A DNA stretch of 64,000 bases from Bacilli bacterium. Its GTDB lineage: Bacteria > Bacillota_I > Bacilli_A > RF39 > UBA660. This document shows positions 55,947-64,000 of the stretch, piece after piece; position 1 is the stretch's first letter, and each line of letters begins with the position of its first letter. The notes under the pieces are model-generated. The model was given only the letters and a program-made list of their open reading frames with translations. It did no database searches and had not been told where the DNA came from. The DNA lies in NCBI GenBank assembly GCA_900772095.1, contig CAAGQJ010000031.1:14479-78478 (forward strand), given 5' to 3'. Position numbers and translations under genes: made by a program.

Positions 55947-56378
55947 ATGGAAAGTAGAAGATGTAATTATCATTTTGAATATGTTAATGAAAATGAGTTT
56001 AGGAAAAAAGAAAGGTCCGTTAGAAAATATAATATGCTTGCATATAAAAAGTTAACTTTCGAGTATTATCCTAAATTAAGAGAAGGTGAATTTTTAGGTA
56101 AATTAGTTTCTTTATCAGATGATAAGAATACTATGAACTATGAATTGAAATTACCAACAGATGCTTTATTTTCGAAAGTTCATGGTGATGTTACCTTACA
56201 TTATACAGTTTATAACGATAGTCATGTTGTACTTCTTACTAATATAACACCAGAAGCAATTTTATCTGAAGGACATAGAAGTGAACTTGGAACATATAAA
56301 GGTGTAATGATATCAAAAACGAATGCTGAAAAAGATATGTTCAAAGTAAATCTATTAAATGCTTTAAACCAAAAATAA
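55947..56378 (+). CDS. hypothetical 143-aa protein
   Basis: GGGGGG RBS, own promoter and own terminator. I recognise no family. Confidence 0.45.
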   Translation: MESRRCNYHFEYVNENEFRKKERSVRKYNMLAYKKLTFEYYPKLREGEFLGKLVSLSDDKNTMNYELKLPTDALFSKVHGDVTLHYTVYNDSHVVLLTNITPEAILSEGHRSELGTYKGVMISKTNAEKDMFKVNLLNALNQK

Positions 56379-56396
56379 AATGTTTTTGGTTTTTTT
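56368..56396 (+). terminator. rho-independent terminator
   Basis: ACCAAAAA / TTTTTGGT hairpin spanning the stop codon, then T6. Confidence 0.7.
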
Positions 56397-56476
56397 ATAT
56401 ATTTTAGCAAAAAAGTATTGATTTTTTAAACTTATTTTGATAGAATTAATATTGCAATGAGAAATTGCTATATTAT

Positions 56477-56553
56477 GGACCCTTAACTCAATTGGTTAGA
56501 GTACCCGGCTCATAACCGGTCGGTTGTAGGTTCGAGTCCTACAGGGTCCACCA
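56477..56553 (+). tRNA. tRNA with a CAU anticodon, probably tRNA-Ile2 (lysidine) rather than Met
   Basis: GGACCCT..CTCATAA..GGTTCGAGTCC..AGGGTCCACCA. The acceptor stem with C4/C5 resembles the B. subtilis and E. coli tRNA-Ile2 sequences as I remember them. Confidence 0.6.
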
Positions 56554-56563
56554 TTTTATTTAT

Positions 56564-56648
56564 GCGGGTATGGCGGAATTGGCAGACGCACTAGACTTAG
56601 GATCTAGCGGAGTGATCCATGGGGGTTCAAGTCCCTTTACCCGCACCA
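56564..56648 (+). tRNA. tRNA-Leu (UAG)
   Basis: Class II tRNA, 85 nt. GCGGGTA acceptor, anticodon loop CTTAGGA, long variable arm, encoded CCA. Confidence 0.9.
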
Positions 56649-57014
56649 GATTAATAGAAAACTCGATTTTTCGGGATAATATAAAAGCTACTCTCAAATT
56701 AATTGAAAGTGGTTTTATTTTGGTAATTTAGCAAACTTGCTATGTTATGACAAAACTAATAATGACGCTAGATTAATTGATATTTTGACTATTTATTTTA
56801 ATTCGAGTTTATTATGTTAAATAAAAAATTATTTGTAAATACCGATTTAATCATTAATAATGTTATTTGCTAACAACATTTTATTACATATGTTATAAAT
56901 TTGTTTTTTTAATATCAGTAAATTGTATTATTAGTGCTCCAAATATATTGAAAAGAAAAGTAGCAAAATTATGCTATTTTTTTAATGAAAACATATAGTG
57001 TAAAGGGGGATAAT

Positions 57015-57620
57015 ATGTATTTTAAAGAAAAATTGAATTATTTGTATGAAACTTTAGAACCATATATAGATACTCATGCTTTAGCAATTCATTATAATAA
57101 TCATTATTTAAATTATTTGAAGAGGTTAAATGAAATTTTAATAAGTAATAATTATGATTATAAGTATAGTTTAGAACAATTACTTTTTCATATTAATGAT
57201 TATAAGAAGGAGCAAGACGATTTATTGTTTAATTTAGGTGGAGTTTTAAATCATCAGTTGTTTTTTAAGTGTCTTGGGGGTGAAATGGTACTTCCTTTTG
57301 GTAAACTTGAGGATAAGATAAACTCTAAGTACGAAAGTTTTGATAATTTTTATGATTTATTTAAAGCAAAAGCATTGGAATTAAAGGGGTCTGGATATAC
57401 ATTTTTGGTATATAAAGATGGAGATATTGATATAATTAATATGTCAAATCAAACAACACCATTATTATTTAATTATGTTCCACTTTTTACTATTGATTTA
57501 TGGGAGCATGCTTATTATTTAGATTATTATAATGAAAGAAATAGATATATAGATAGTTTAAAAAATATTGTTGATTTTACATATGCTTCAATGATGTATG
57601 AAAAAATAGAGTTGTTATAA
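57015..57620 (+). CDS. Fe/Mn superoxide dismutase
   Basis: ATG 57015 after AAGGGGGA. LEPYIDTHALAIHYNNHYLNY, GGVLNHQLFF, DLWEHAYYLDY. The metal ligands His, His, Asp and His are all present. Confidence 0.85.
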   Translation: MYFKEKLNYLYETLEPYIDTHALAIHYNNHYLNYLKRLNEILISNNYDYKYSLEQLLFHINDYKKEQDDLLFNLGGVLNHQLFFKCLGGEMVLPFGKLEDKINSKYESFDNFYDLFKAKALELKGSGYTFLVYKDGDIDIINMSNQTTPLLFNYVPLFTIDLWEHAYYLDYYNERNRYIDSLKNIVDFTYASMMYEKIELL

Positions 57621-57630
57621 TTGCCTTTTT

Positions 57631-57654
57631 GATACTTATTAGTATCTTTTTTTT
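57631..57654 (+). terminator. rho-independent terminator after the SOD gene
   Basis: GATACT / AGTATC hairpin plus T8. Confidence 0.7.
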
Positions 57655-57724
57655 CGTAAAATAGTTTAAAAATAATATACATTTTAAGAAACTTGTTTTA
57701 TAATTAATAATAGGAGTTGATAAT

Positions 57725-58525
57725 ATGAAAACGAGAGTATTAAGTGCAATAGTTTTAATTATTGTTATTGTACCACTTTTAATACTTGGTGGTTTACCAT
57801 TTAGACTATTTGTTACTTTAATATCAATTTTAGGTCTTAAGGAATTATTTGATATAAGAAAAAAAGAAAGAAAATTACCTATTATAGTACAAGTACTTTC
57901 ATATATTTTATTAGGCTTATTTATTTTGTTTAGTAATGAAACTGAATTAAGTAATTTTGCATTTGATTATAGAATTATTTCAATTTTACTACTTGTACTT
58001 CTTTTACCGATTATATTTATTAATGATGATGGAAAATATAATATAAAGGATGCGTTGTTTCTTATTGGGGGTATAGTATTTTTGGGTATTGGATTTAATA
58101 ATTTTATAATTGTTAGGTCGTTTAGTTTAACTCATATGATTTATTTAGTATTAATTACTACAATGACAGATACTTTTGCATTATTTACTGGGATGTTTAT
58201 AGGAAAACATAAATTGTGTGAAAGAATATCTCCTAAGAAGACAATAGAAGGGGCGATAGGGGGTTCATTAATAGGAACGATAATACCTTCATTATTTTAT
58301 ATATATGTAATTAATATTAATGTCAATGTAGTAGTTTTAATTTTTGTAACATTATTACTTACAGTAATTGGACAACTTGGTGATTTACTTTTTTCAAGTA
58401 TAAAGAGGCATTTTGGTGTAAAGGATTTTTCTAATTTAATACCTGGTCATGGAGGTATTTTAGATAGATTTGATAGTTTAATATTAGTAGTTATAACTTA
58501 TTTGTTATTTATGACAATTTTATAG
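57725..58525 (+). CDS. cdsA: phosphatidate cytidylyltransferase
   Basis: SSIKRHFGVKDFSNLIPGHGGILDRFDS signature. Polytopic. Confidence 0.85.
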   Translation: MKTRVLSAIVLIIVIVPLLILGGLPFRLFVTLISILGLKELFDIRKKERKLPIIVQVLSYILLGLFILFSNETELSNFAFDYRIISILLLVLLLPIIFINDDGKYNIKDALFLIGGIVFLGIGFNNFIIVRSFSLTHMIYLVLITTMTDTFALFTGMFIGKHKLCERISPKKTIEGAIGGSLIGTIIPSLFYIYVININVNVVVLIFVTLLLTVIGQLGDLLFSSIKRHFGVKDFSNLIPGHGGILDRFDSLILVVITYLLFMTIL

Positions 58526-58535
58526 GAGGGAAGAT

Positions 58536-59582
58536 ATGATTGTAACATTAATTTTATTTGTAATTATTTTAGGAGTAACAGTTTTTGTACATGAGTTAGG
58601 ACATTTTTTGTTTGCTAAGTTAGTTGGTGTTCATGTATATGAGTTTTCAATAGGTATGGGTCCTGCAATCTTGAAAAAAGTTGCTAAGGATAAAACTGTT
58701 TATGCGATAAGGGCGATTCCGATAGGTGGGTTTGTTTCTTTAGCAGGGGAAGAGACTAATATTGATTTGGATAAGCAAAAGGGACATAATTTGCAAGATA
58801 AAACAGTATTTGAAAGATTTTTAGTTATGTTTATGGGAGTAGGTTTTAATTTTATATTTGCATTTTTAGTACTTTTGTTTTCTGCATTTATATATGGTTC
58901 ATCTAATTTAAAACCAATTATAGCTGAAACTGTAGAAGGATATCCTGCTTATAATGCTGGTTTAACAGGTGGGGATGAGGTTTTAAGAATAAATGGTCAT
59001 AAAGTTACTTATTTAGATGATATTAGTTTATATATGGCAACTGAAGATTTATCAAAAGAACTTAAATTTGAGGTATTAAAACAAGATGGTACTACTAGAA
59101 CTTATAATGTATTACCAGAAAAGCAAATAACAAGTGATGGAGATGAAAGTTACGTTATTGGTATAACTTTAGCTTCAAATGTTGAGAAGGGTTTTATTGT
59201 CTCAATAGTAAATACTACTAGAAAAGTTGGTGCTATATTTAAGCAGATGTTTGTGGTTTTGGGTAATTTATTTACTGGTAAAATTTCTGTTAGCAAATTA
59301 AGTGGACCAATAGGAATATATTCAGTTGTTGGTGAAATGAGGACTTTAGGACTTAATGCTATATTATATTTAATTGCTCTTTTGTGCATAAATGTTGGAG
59401 TAATTAATTTACTACCTTTTCCTGCTTTTGATGGAGGAAGAATATTATTCTTAATAATTGAAAAGGTAAAAGGGTCACCAGTTAATCCTAAAGTAGAGAA
59501 TATAATTCATTCAATTGGTTTTATTCTATTAATACTTTTAATGGTTTATGTAACATTTAATGATATTTTAAGATTGTTCTAA
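58536..59582 (+). CDS. rseP: site-2 (M50) RIP metalloprotease RseP/RasP
   Basis: HELGHF, a PDZ segment, and NLLPFPAFDGG. Confidence 0.85.
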   Translation: MIVTLILFVIILGVTVFVHELGHFLFAKLVGVHVYEFSIGMGPAILKKVAKDKTVYAIRAIPIGGFVSLAGEETNIDLDKQKGHNLQDKTVFERFLVMFMGVGFNFIFAFLVLLFSAFIYGSSNLKPIIAETVEGYPAYNAGLTGGDEVLRINGHKVTYLDDISLYMATEDLSKELKFEVLKQDGTTRTYNVLPEKQITSDGDESYVIGITLASNVEKGFIVSIVNTTRKVGAIFKQMFVVLGNLFTGKISVSKLSGPIGIYSVVGEMRTLGLNAILYLIALLCINVGVINLLPFPAFDGGRILFLIIEKVKGSPVNPKVENIIHSIGFILLILLMVYVTFNDILRLF

Positions 59583-59620
59583 ACTATTGGTTAAAATATT
59601 TAAAAATATTAAATTTTTTT

Positions 59621-59650
59621 GAAAAAGATTAAGGTCTTTTTCTTTTTTTT
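59621..59650 (+). terminator. hairpin terminator after rseP
   Basis: GAAAAAG / CTTTTTC plus T8. Confidence 0.6.
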
Positions 59651-59678
59651 ATCAATTATATATATAGGAGGTGAGAAA

Positions 59679-61715
59679 ATGACAAAAAATTACAAGTATA
59701 TTTTACAAGAAAATGATAACGATTGTGGTGTAGCATCTTTTATGACAATACTTTTACACTTTGGAATAAAGCCGTCACGTGAAGCTATTATAAGTGATTT
59801 AAAAGTATCAAAAGATGGAATATCGGCGTATGACTTAGTAGTTGAAGGTAAAAAGTTTGGTTTAAATGGATATGGGATAAATACTAATATAGATAAATTA
59901 CAAAGTAAACTGCTTCCTGTAATAGCGCATACTATAAAAAATAAAAACTTCTATCATTATATAGTTATATTAGAAAACAATATTAAAACTAAAACGTTAA
60001 CAATAATGGATCCAAGTTTTGGTATTGAGAATATAACATATGAAAAATTTAATGAAATGTCTACAAATATTTTTATTGTTTTTGAAAATAAAGATATGAT
60101 AAAACAAAAGGATAAAAGATTTAAAACTGTATTAACTGAGCTTTTTAAATCTAATAAAAAATTGGTATTTGAGGCATTCCTACTTTCATTTTTCTTTATT
60201 GCTTTTTCTATTATGTATAATTACTATTTGAAAATTATTATAACTATGAATAGTATTAAGACTGCTGTTATAGTATTTATTATTTTTATTAGTATTTCGT
60301 TTTTTAAAAATCTTATTGATTATATTAAAAATAAAACCATATTAAAACTTAATTTAACTATTGATAAAAAAATAACTAAAAAAGTAATTAGTCATATTCT
60401 TCATCTTCCTTATAAATATTATAAATCAAAGAAGGTAGGAGAACTTGTTACAATTATTAATGATATTGAAAACTTTAAAGAAATTATAACTAAAGTGTTT
60501 GTTTTGTGTTTAATAGATGTTTTTTTAATATTTTTAGTACTTATTTATATTGCCTATTATAATTTTATTTATGTAATAGTACTTCTCATATTTATTTATA
60601 TCTATATGTTAGTGGTATTTAAATATCAATATGTATTTAATGATATATTTGTTAAAGTTAAAAGAAAGAAAATATATTATAATTCAATTTTGGTTAATTC
60701 TTTAAATTCATTTGATAGTATTAAAAATTTAAATATTGAAAGTAAGGTTGTAAAGGAAGTTACAAATAATTATAAAGATGTTTTAAATTATAATAAACAG
60801 TATTCAAAAACATATTATAAGTTTGCTACTAAAAGTAATTTATTTATTGAAGTTTTCTACTTATTATTTTCTCTACTAACGGTTTTAATTTTACAAAGAA
60901 CTAATAGTGATTTATCAAATATTATTTTATTAAGTAACTTTTATAATATAGTGTTTGGTTTTACAACTGATATTGGTGAATGTTTAGTAATGTATAAAAT
61001 ATATCAAACTTCTATTGATAAGGTATTAGATATTATGGATATAAATGAAGAAAAATTTTATCAAACAAGAATGAATAAGATAGATAAAATAGAATTTAAA
61101 AATGTATCATATAAAGTTTTTGATAAAAGTATTTTAAATGATGTAAATTTAATTATAAATAAAGGTGATCATTTATTTATTAAAGGGAAATCTGGTATAG
61201 GTAAAAGTACTATGATGAAATTATTATTAAAATATGACGAAGTAACAAACGGGGATATTTTAATAGATGGTATCGATATAAAAACATTAGATTTAAGTTT
61301 TATTAGAAAAAGTATAACTTATGTAAGTCAAAATGAAAATATATTAAGTAATACATTAGATAATGACTTAAAATTAATAAGTAATAATAAAAGAAACAAA
61401 GAACTTGCTTGTAAAACAGTTTTATTAAATGAAATGTTTAATGATGGAAAAATAGATTATAATTTATATTTTGAAGAAAATGGTTCTAATATAAGTGGTG
61501 GTCAAAGAAAAAAGATAATTCTTGCGAGGGCTTTAATGAAAAAATCAAAAGTACTTATTTTGGATGAAGTTTTTAATGAGATTGATGTAACAGAAGAAAG
61601 AAGAATACTTAATAATATTTTGAACAATTACCCTTATCTTACTGTGATACTTATATCACATAGGTATAATAATATAGACTTGTTTAACAAAGTATTTGAA
61701 TTAAAGGAGGAATAA
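59679..61715 (+). CDS. bacteriocin/peptide ABC exporter with an N-terminal C39 peptidase domain
   Basis: ATG 59679 after AGGAGGTG. C39 context: QENDNDCGVAS (Cys), NFYHYIVIL (His), IMDPSFG (Asp). ABC motifs: Walker A GKSGIGKST, signature ISGGQRKK, Walker B VLILDE, H-loop SHR. Confidence 0.8.
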   Translation: MTKNYKYILQENDNDCGVASFMTILLHFGIKPSREAIISDLKVSKDGISAYDLVVEGKKFGLNGYGINTNIDKLQSKLLPVIAHTIKNKNFYHYIVILENNIKTKTLTIMDPSFGIENITYEKFNEMSTNIFIVFENKDMIKQKDKRFKTVLTELFKSNKKLVFEAFLLSFFFIAFSIMYNYYLKIIITMNSIKTAVIVFIIFISISFFKNLIDYIKNKTILKLNLTIDKKITKKVISHILHLPYKYYKSKKVGELVTIINDIENFKEIITKVFVLCLIDVFLIFLVLIYIAYYNFIYVIVLLIFIYIYMLVVFKYQYVFNDIFVKVKRKKIYYNSILVNSLNSFDSIKNLNIESKVVKEVTNNYKDVLNYNKQYSKTYYKFATKSNLFIEVFYLLFSLLTVLILQRTNSDLSNIILLSNFYNIVFGFTTDIGECLVMYKIYQTSIDKVLDIMDINEEKFYQTRMNKIDKIEFKNVSYKVFDKSILNDVNLIINKGDHLFIKGKSGIGKSTMMKLLLKYDEVTNGDILIDGIDIKTLDLSFIRKSITYVSQNENILSNTLDNDLKLISNNKRNKELACKTVLLNEMFNDGKIDYNLYFEENGSNISGGQRKKIILARALMKKSKVLILDEVFNEIDVTEERRILNNILNNYPYLTVILISHRYNNIDLFNKVFELKEE

Positions 61716-61717
61716 AA

Positions 61718-61861
61718 ATGAAAAGAATAAATGATAAAAAATTAAAAGAAATTAAAGGTGGCGCTTCATTCTGGGCGATAACTGGAATAGTAGTAGCGAC
61801 GATAACTTTTATAGCAGGAGTGTTGGATGGATATGTTAGACCAAGTAAATGTCATAAATAA
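61718..61861 (+). CDS. double-glycine leader peptide A (47 aa precursor, hydrophobic 32-aa core); not in the ORF track
   Basis: GGAGG 61705-61709. MKRINDKKLKEIKGG|ASFWAITGIVVATITFIAGVLDGYVRPSKCHK. Confidence 0.65.
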   Translation: MKRINDKKLKEIKGGASFWAITGIVVATITFIAGVLDGYVRPSKCHK

Positions 61862-62012
61862 TAATGAATTAAAAACAATAGTTGGAGGCAAGATTTTATC
61901 TGGTAATTTAATTAATTATTTTAATAAAGCATTATCTACTTTCCTTGATGTGGGTAGAAATATTGGTTCATCATTGAGGCGATTTATTTCAAAAAATAAA
62001 TGTCCACTGTAG
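61827..62012 (+). CDS. double-glycine leader peptide B (61 aa precursor, cationic amphipathic 40-aa core)
   Basis: AGGAG 61815-61819. MDMLDQVNVINNNELKTIVGG|KILSGNLINYFNKALSTFLDVGRNIGSSLRRFISKNKCPL. Confidence 0.65.
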   Translation: MDMLDQVNVINNNELKTIVGGKILSGNLINYFNKALSTFLDVGRNIGSSLRRFISKNKCPL

Positions 62013-62066
62013 GAAGTCTATACGAAGTATTCTAAAAACTTTCTAATATAATATTTATATGTGTTA

Positions 62067-62092
62067 AAAGAAGGAAAAACCTTCTTTTTTTT
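62067..62092 (+). terminator. rho-independent terminator of the exporter-peptide operon
   Basis: AAAGAAGG / CCTTCTTT hairpin plus a T run. Confidence 0.7.
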
Positions 62093-62103
62093 GTTAAATT
62101 TGT

Positions 62104-62132
62104 TTGACTTTAATAAAGAAAAAATATATAAT
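62104..62132 (+). promoter_or_regulatory. candidate promoter
   Basis: TTGACT 62104-62109, a 17-nt spacer, then TATAAT 62127-62132. Confidence 0.55.
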
Positions 62133-62152
62133 AATTTCTGTAGGTGGTTTTG

Positions 62153-62608
62153 ATGAGCACAATAAGTAAATTTATAGTAAATAGAAATGATTTAAATTAT
62201 ATATATGTTGAAAAACGTTTAATTAGTGATAATCCTATTTATTATGTTTATTGCAATGCAAAATCGTATATTTTACCACCGGAACATTTTCAAAACATTT
62301 ATGCTACAGATAAGAAAATGTCGATTGGAGATTTTCTTATTCAAGTGCAAACTGATGTGATAGGTTTAACAGGAGCTGATGATTTCGCTTTGATTTATGA
62401 TACATCTAATAAAATACTAAAAGAAATTAGTGGTAAGAATAAAAAAAATCCTTCATTAGGAAATTTTACATATTCTTTGTGTAATTTGTTAGATAAATAC
62501 AATGAATTTGTATATGAAGAATCAAAAATGAAAGCAAGCAATCCTTGTTTTACTGATCCATTAGATTATGAAGCTGAATATTGTAGATTAATTAAACAAG
62601 AGTTATGA
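62153..62608 (+). CDS. hypothetical soluble 151-aa protein
   Basis: ATG 62153 after TAGGTGG. No TM helices and no recognised motif. Confidence 0.45.
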   Translation: MSTISKFIVNRNDLNYIYVEKRLISDNPIYYVYCNAKSYILPPEHFQNIYATDKKMSIGDFLIQVQTDVIGLTGADDFALIYDTSNKILKEISGKNKKNPSLGNFTYSLCNLLDKYNEFVYEESKMKASNPCFTDPLDYEAEYCRLIKQEL

Positions 62609-62672
62609 CTTTATCTTGTTTTTGTTTGGAAAATAAAGTATTATATTTATAGGAGTTAAAGGAGGAGATAGT

Positions 62673-64000
62673 ATGATAAACAAACAAAAGGGAACATATG
62701 ATTTATATGGTGAAAAAGCAAATGAGTTTTTGGAATTAAGAAGTATATTAGAGAATTTCATGAAACGTTATAACTACGAATATATAAGAACGCCATTATA
62801 TGAAGCAACAGAATTATTTCATAGAAGTTCCGGTGAAACTAGTGATATAGTAACTAAAGAGACATATGATTTTACTGATAGAGGAGAAAGAAAAATTACT
62901 TTAAGACCTGAGGGTACTGCTGGAGTTGTAAGAGCATATATTGAAAATAAAATGTATACTGAAGGGGTAAAAAAGTTTTGGTACTTAGGACCAATGTATC
63001 GTTATGAAAGACCTCAAAAAGGTAGATATAGAGAGCATTATCAATTTGGTTGTGAAGTATTTGGAGTGGATGATCCAATTATTGATGCAGAATTAATAAA
63101 TATACCAGTAAACTTATTTAATTTTTTAGGACTAGAAAATATTAAAGTAAATGTAAACACTTTAGGAGATGAGATTTCTCGTAAAAATTATAAAACAGCG
63201 TTAGAAAACTATTTAAAACCACATATTAATGAATTGTGTGATGATTGTAAAGCAAGATTTGAAAGAAATCCACTTAGAATACTTGATTGTAAAGTTGATA
63301 AGGATAGTGATATTTTAAAAAATGTTCCTAGAATAGTTGATTATCTTACTACAGAAGCTAAAGATAGATTTGATAAAGTATTAAAATATTTAGAAGCGCT
63401 TGATATAGATTATGAAGTTAATACCAATATTGTAAGAGGACTTGACTATTATACACATACAGTTTTTGAAATAGAGGCAGACATCAAGGAATTCGGATCG
63501 CAAAATGTTTTATGTGCTGGTGGAAGGTATAATAATTTAGTGGAAGAACTTGGTGGCAAGTCAACACCTGCTGTAGGATTTGGAATGGGAGTAGAAAGAC
63601 TTCTTAATGCTTTAGAAAGTGAAAATATTAAATTATATGATGATGATTATTTAGATTGTTATATTATCCCTGTGTCAGAAAATGAAAAAGAATATGCATT
63701 ATCTTTGGCAGAAACACTTAGATTTCTTAATATGAGAGTAGAGTTAGACTATAATTCAAAGACAATAAAGAGCAATTTAAAGCAAGCAGAAAAATTAAAT
63801 GCAAGTTTTGCTATTATAATTGGGGAAAATGAAGTAAAAGAAGGCTACATGACTATTAGAAACATGGCGACAAAGGAAGAAGAAAAAGTTGGAAATAAGA
63901 ATGTTATTAAGTATTTAACTGAAAACATAACTATTTTTAATGAATTTGTTCAAGGTTGCGAATGTGATTGTTCTTGTGAATGTGATTGCACTTGTCAAGA
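62673..64000 (+). CDS. hisS: histidyl-tRNA synthetase with a Cys-rich C-terminal extension; open at the window end
   Basis: ATG 62673 after AAGGAGGAG. It is not in the ORF track because it has no stop. LRPEGTAGVVRAY, YRYERPQKGRYREHYQFG (class II motif 2), GGRYNNLV, GFGMGVERL. The tail reads ..QGCECDCSCECDCTCQ. Confidence 0.85.
   Translation, partial: MINKQKGTYDLYGEKANEFLELRSILENFMKRYNYEYIRTPLYEATELFHRSSGETSDIVTKETYDFTDRGERKITLRPEGTAGVVRAYIENKMYTEGVKKFWYLGPMYRYERPQKGRYREHYQFGCEVFGVDDPIIDAELINIPVNLFNFLGLENIKVNVNTLGDEISRKNYKTALENYLKPHINELCDDCKARFERNPLRILDCKVDKDSDILKNVPRIVDYLTTEAKDRFDKVLKYLEALDIDYEVNTNIVRGLDYYTHTVFEIEADIKEFGSQNVLCAGGRYNNLVEELGGKSTPAVGFGMGVERLLNALESENIKLYDDDYLDCYIIPVSENEKEYALSLAETLRFLNMRVELDYNSKTIKSNLKQAEKLNASFAIIIGENEVKEGYMTIRNMATKEEEKVGNKNVIKYLTENITIFNEFVQGCECDCSCECDCTCQ

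Noticed and set aside
52951-56648. The tRNA-flanked segment (tRNA-Met ... tRNA-Ile2/Leu), considered as a possible genomic island. I also scanned the whole window for CRISPR arrays, IS elements and prophage genes.
   Set aside because: I found no integrase, transposase or recombinase, no duplicated tRNA 3' ends acting as att sites, and no spaced direct-repeat array. The gene content (desulfurase, redox proteins) looks chromosomal.
56820-56850. A Fur/PerR-like element (TTAATCATTAA) and a 6-bp inverted repeat (AATGTT-N10-AACATT) upstream of the SOD gene.
   Set aside because: It matches the 7-1-7 PerR box at only about 10 of 14 positions and lies 150 nt or more from the start codon. Short AT palindromes like this are expected by chance in such AT-rich DNA.

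Overview
This is a very AT-rich, Firmicutes-type chromosomal segment. It has a PolC-type replicase, a T-box leader and a CIRCE operator, and it uses the standard genetic code (TGA is a stop, Trp is TGG). Most of the window is + strand housekeeping: mtaB, obg, thyX-tmk, aspS, nrdDG-dut, polC, ddl, yebC, tcdA, cdsA-rseP, hisS and four tRNAs. Nine cell-envelope or accessory modules interrupt it. (i) An LtaS-like gene, an in-frame YfhO::GtrA fusion and a CsbB-like GT2. (ii) NfeD-SPFH followed by a CIRCE-controlled hsp20. (iii) A tandemly duplicated gene pair: a membrane-anchored charged protein plus a DUF1292-like 77-aa protein. (iv) Two tandem cassettes, each a small signal-anchored protein plus a ~520-aa prepilin-type protein; one carries a thrombospondin-type-1-like repeat. 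(v) Two paralogous secreted proteins with TasA/camelysin-like (SipW-type) N-termini. (vi) A compact monoderm Tad/Flp pilus operon with no prepilin peptidase. (vii) A dockerin-tagged GH73 autolysin co-transcribed with a membrane-anchored cohesin-like protein. (viii) A cysteine desulfurase, a thioredoxin-like protein and a Trx::CcdA-like fusion. (ix) A C39-peptidase ABC exporter followed by two overlapping double-glycine peptide genes, one of which is missing from the ORF track. I saw no rRNA, CRISPR array, transposase, integrase or prophage genes. All calls rest on hand translation and remembered family motifs; no database search or structure prediction was run, so the family assignments are hypotheses to verify.
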